Of a stretch of 21,499 bases of DNA, positions 20,779 to 21,499 are shown one piece after another; the stretch's first letter is position 1, and each line of letters opens with the position of its first letter. The stretch covers positions 1-21,499 of the forward strand of contig BAAFSQ010000172.1 in assembly GCA_054661495.1 (NCBI GenBank), read 5' to 3'. Position numbers and translations under genes: made by a program. This DNA comes from Zygophlyctis sp. KS116 (taxonomy: Eukaryota > Fungi > Chytridiomycota). The notes under the pieces were generated by a model, which saw nothing but the letters and a program-made list of their open reading frames with translations, made no database searches and was not told the DNA's origin.

Positions 20779-21066
20779 ATGTGGGGAGATGGTGCCCCCA
20801 CTATGCCATATCTTGAGCAAGATGGTTTAGAAATTACGGCTACGTGCTATGTTGCTCCCTTCTATCTAATGAAAAACAACGACGATTGCAAGTGGATAGA
20901 GATACCTACTTTGGGAGACTCTGACATTTCGAAAAGAAGGTTTTGGGGTCCCGATTTAACACAGTTGCTATGCTGGGTGGAGAGGGGCTGGAGTCTAGAT
21001 GGTGAACTGAGCTAGACGTTTGTATAGGTTCCTTACACTTTAGTCTCTTAGTTTGACGTAAGTTGA
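20779..21066 (+). CDS. orf95, doubtful hypothetical protein
   Basis: The track ORF reads through TAG to TGA 21064-21066. No recognisable motif. Confidence 0.2.
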
Positions 21067-21117
21067 GATTGGGAGATTATGACAAGAATGAGTTTACTTT
21101 ATATTCATCTATTTATT

Positions 21118-21342
21118 ATGTTAATGGCTGCAAAATTAGTAGGAGCTGGTTTAGCTACTATCGCTTTAGCTGGAGCTGCAATTGGTGTTGGTTAGATCTT
21201 CGCCGCTTTAATTACTGGTACTTCTAGAAATCCTTCTTTAAAAAGTGAGTTATTCAATCAAGCTATTTTAGGTTTCGCTTTAACTGAGGCTTTAGGTTTA
21301 TTCGCTTTAATGATGGCTTTAATTTTCCTTTACGCTTTCTAA
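21118..21342 (+). CDS. atp9: ATP synthase F0 subunit c (74 aa)
   Basis: [25 protein letters not shown](L)[27 protein letters not shown]; TAG 21193-21195 is Leu. Confidence 0.98.
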
Positions 21343-21422
21343 CTCGGTTTTGGGACTCCCCTTATCCTCAATATTGGGACTTTGGGTTATAGGGGTTTTC
21401 CACTTAAGACAAAACAACAATC

Positions 21423-21499
21423 GACTTTAAAAATTTTTATTAGCGCAGGGCTCACCAAACTTGAGATAATTAATAGTTTTCCCCTTGACGTAGCCAAAT
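21423..21499. repeat. Right copy of terminal inverted repeat (77 bp)
   Basis: Exact reverse complement of 1-77. Confidence 0.97.

Noticed and set aside
20700-20800. Possible RNase P RNA (rnpB)
   Set aside because: Only a vague ggaagttc resemblance; no convincing pair of P4 strands was found.
18081-20820. Track ORFs within rnl/rns and 20557-20820
   Set aside because: They overlap rRNA genes or nested GC elements.

Overview
Nearly complete, intron-free mitochondrial genome of a chytrid-type fungus (Chytridiomycota-like). It uses the UAG=Leu code (table 16; UGA and UAA are stops), so the standard-code ORF track fragments most genes. All 14 standard OXPHOS genes are present: nad2, cox3, nad4L, nad6, cox2, nad3, cox1, nad5, nad4, cob, atp6, atp8 and nad1 on the minus strand, and atp9 on the plus strand. 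rnl (-) and rns (+) diverge from each other. Only four tRNAs were found: Leu-CUA, Trp-CCA, Pro-UGG and Asp-GUC. The window ends in an exact 77-bp inverted repeat. Re-reading with UAG=Leu shows several hidden features. (i) A single 419-aa ORF starts with a duplicated atp6 leader, continues through about 270 aa of unknown membrane protein, and ends in Nad3; a second Atp6-like 'SPME' motif sits at the junction, suggesting a polyprotein. (ii) There is a hidden 154-aa orphan ORF. (iii) tRNA-Asp and tRNA-Pro overlap by 1 nt, exactly at a predicted 5'-editing site. (iv) Small GC-rich hairpin elements insert into one another up to four levels deep and in-frame into genes. (v) UAG and synonymous codon use splits sharply between the left and right gene blocks on the same strand. 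All counts and coordinates were read by hand, and rRNA ends are approximate.
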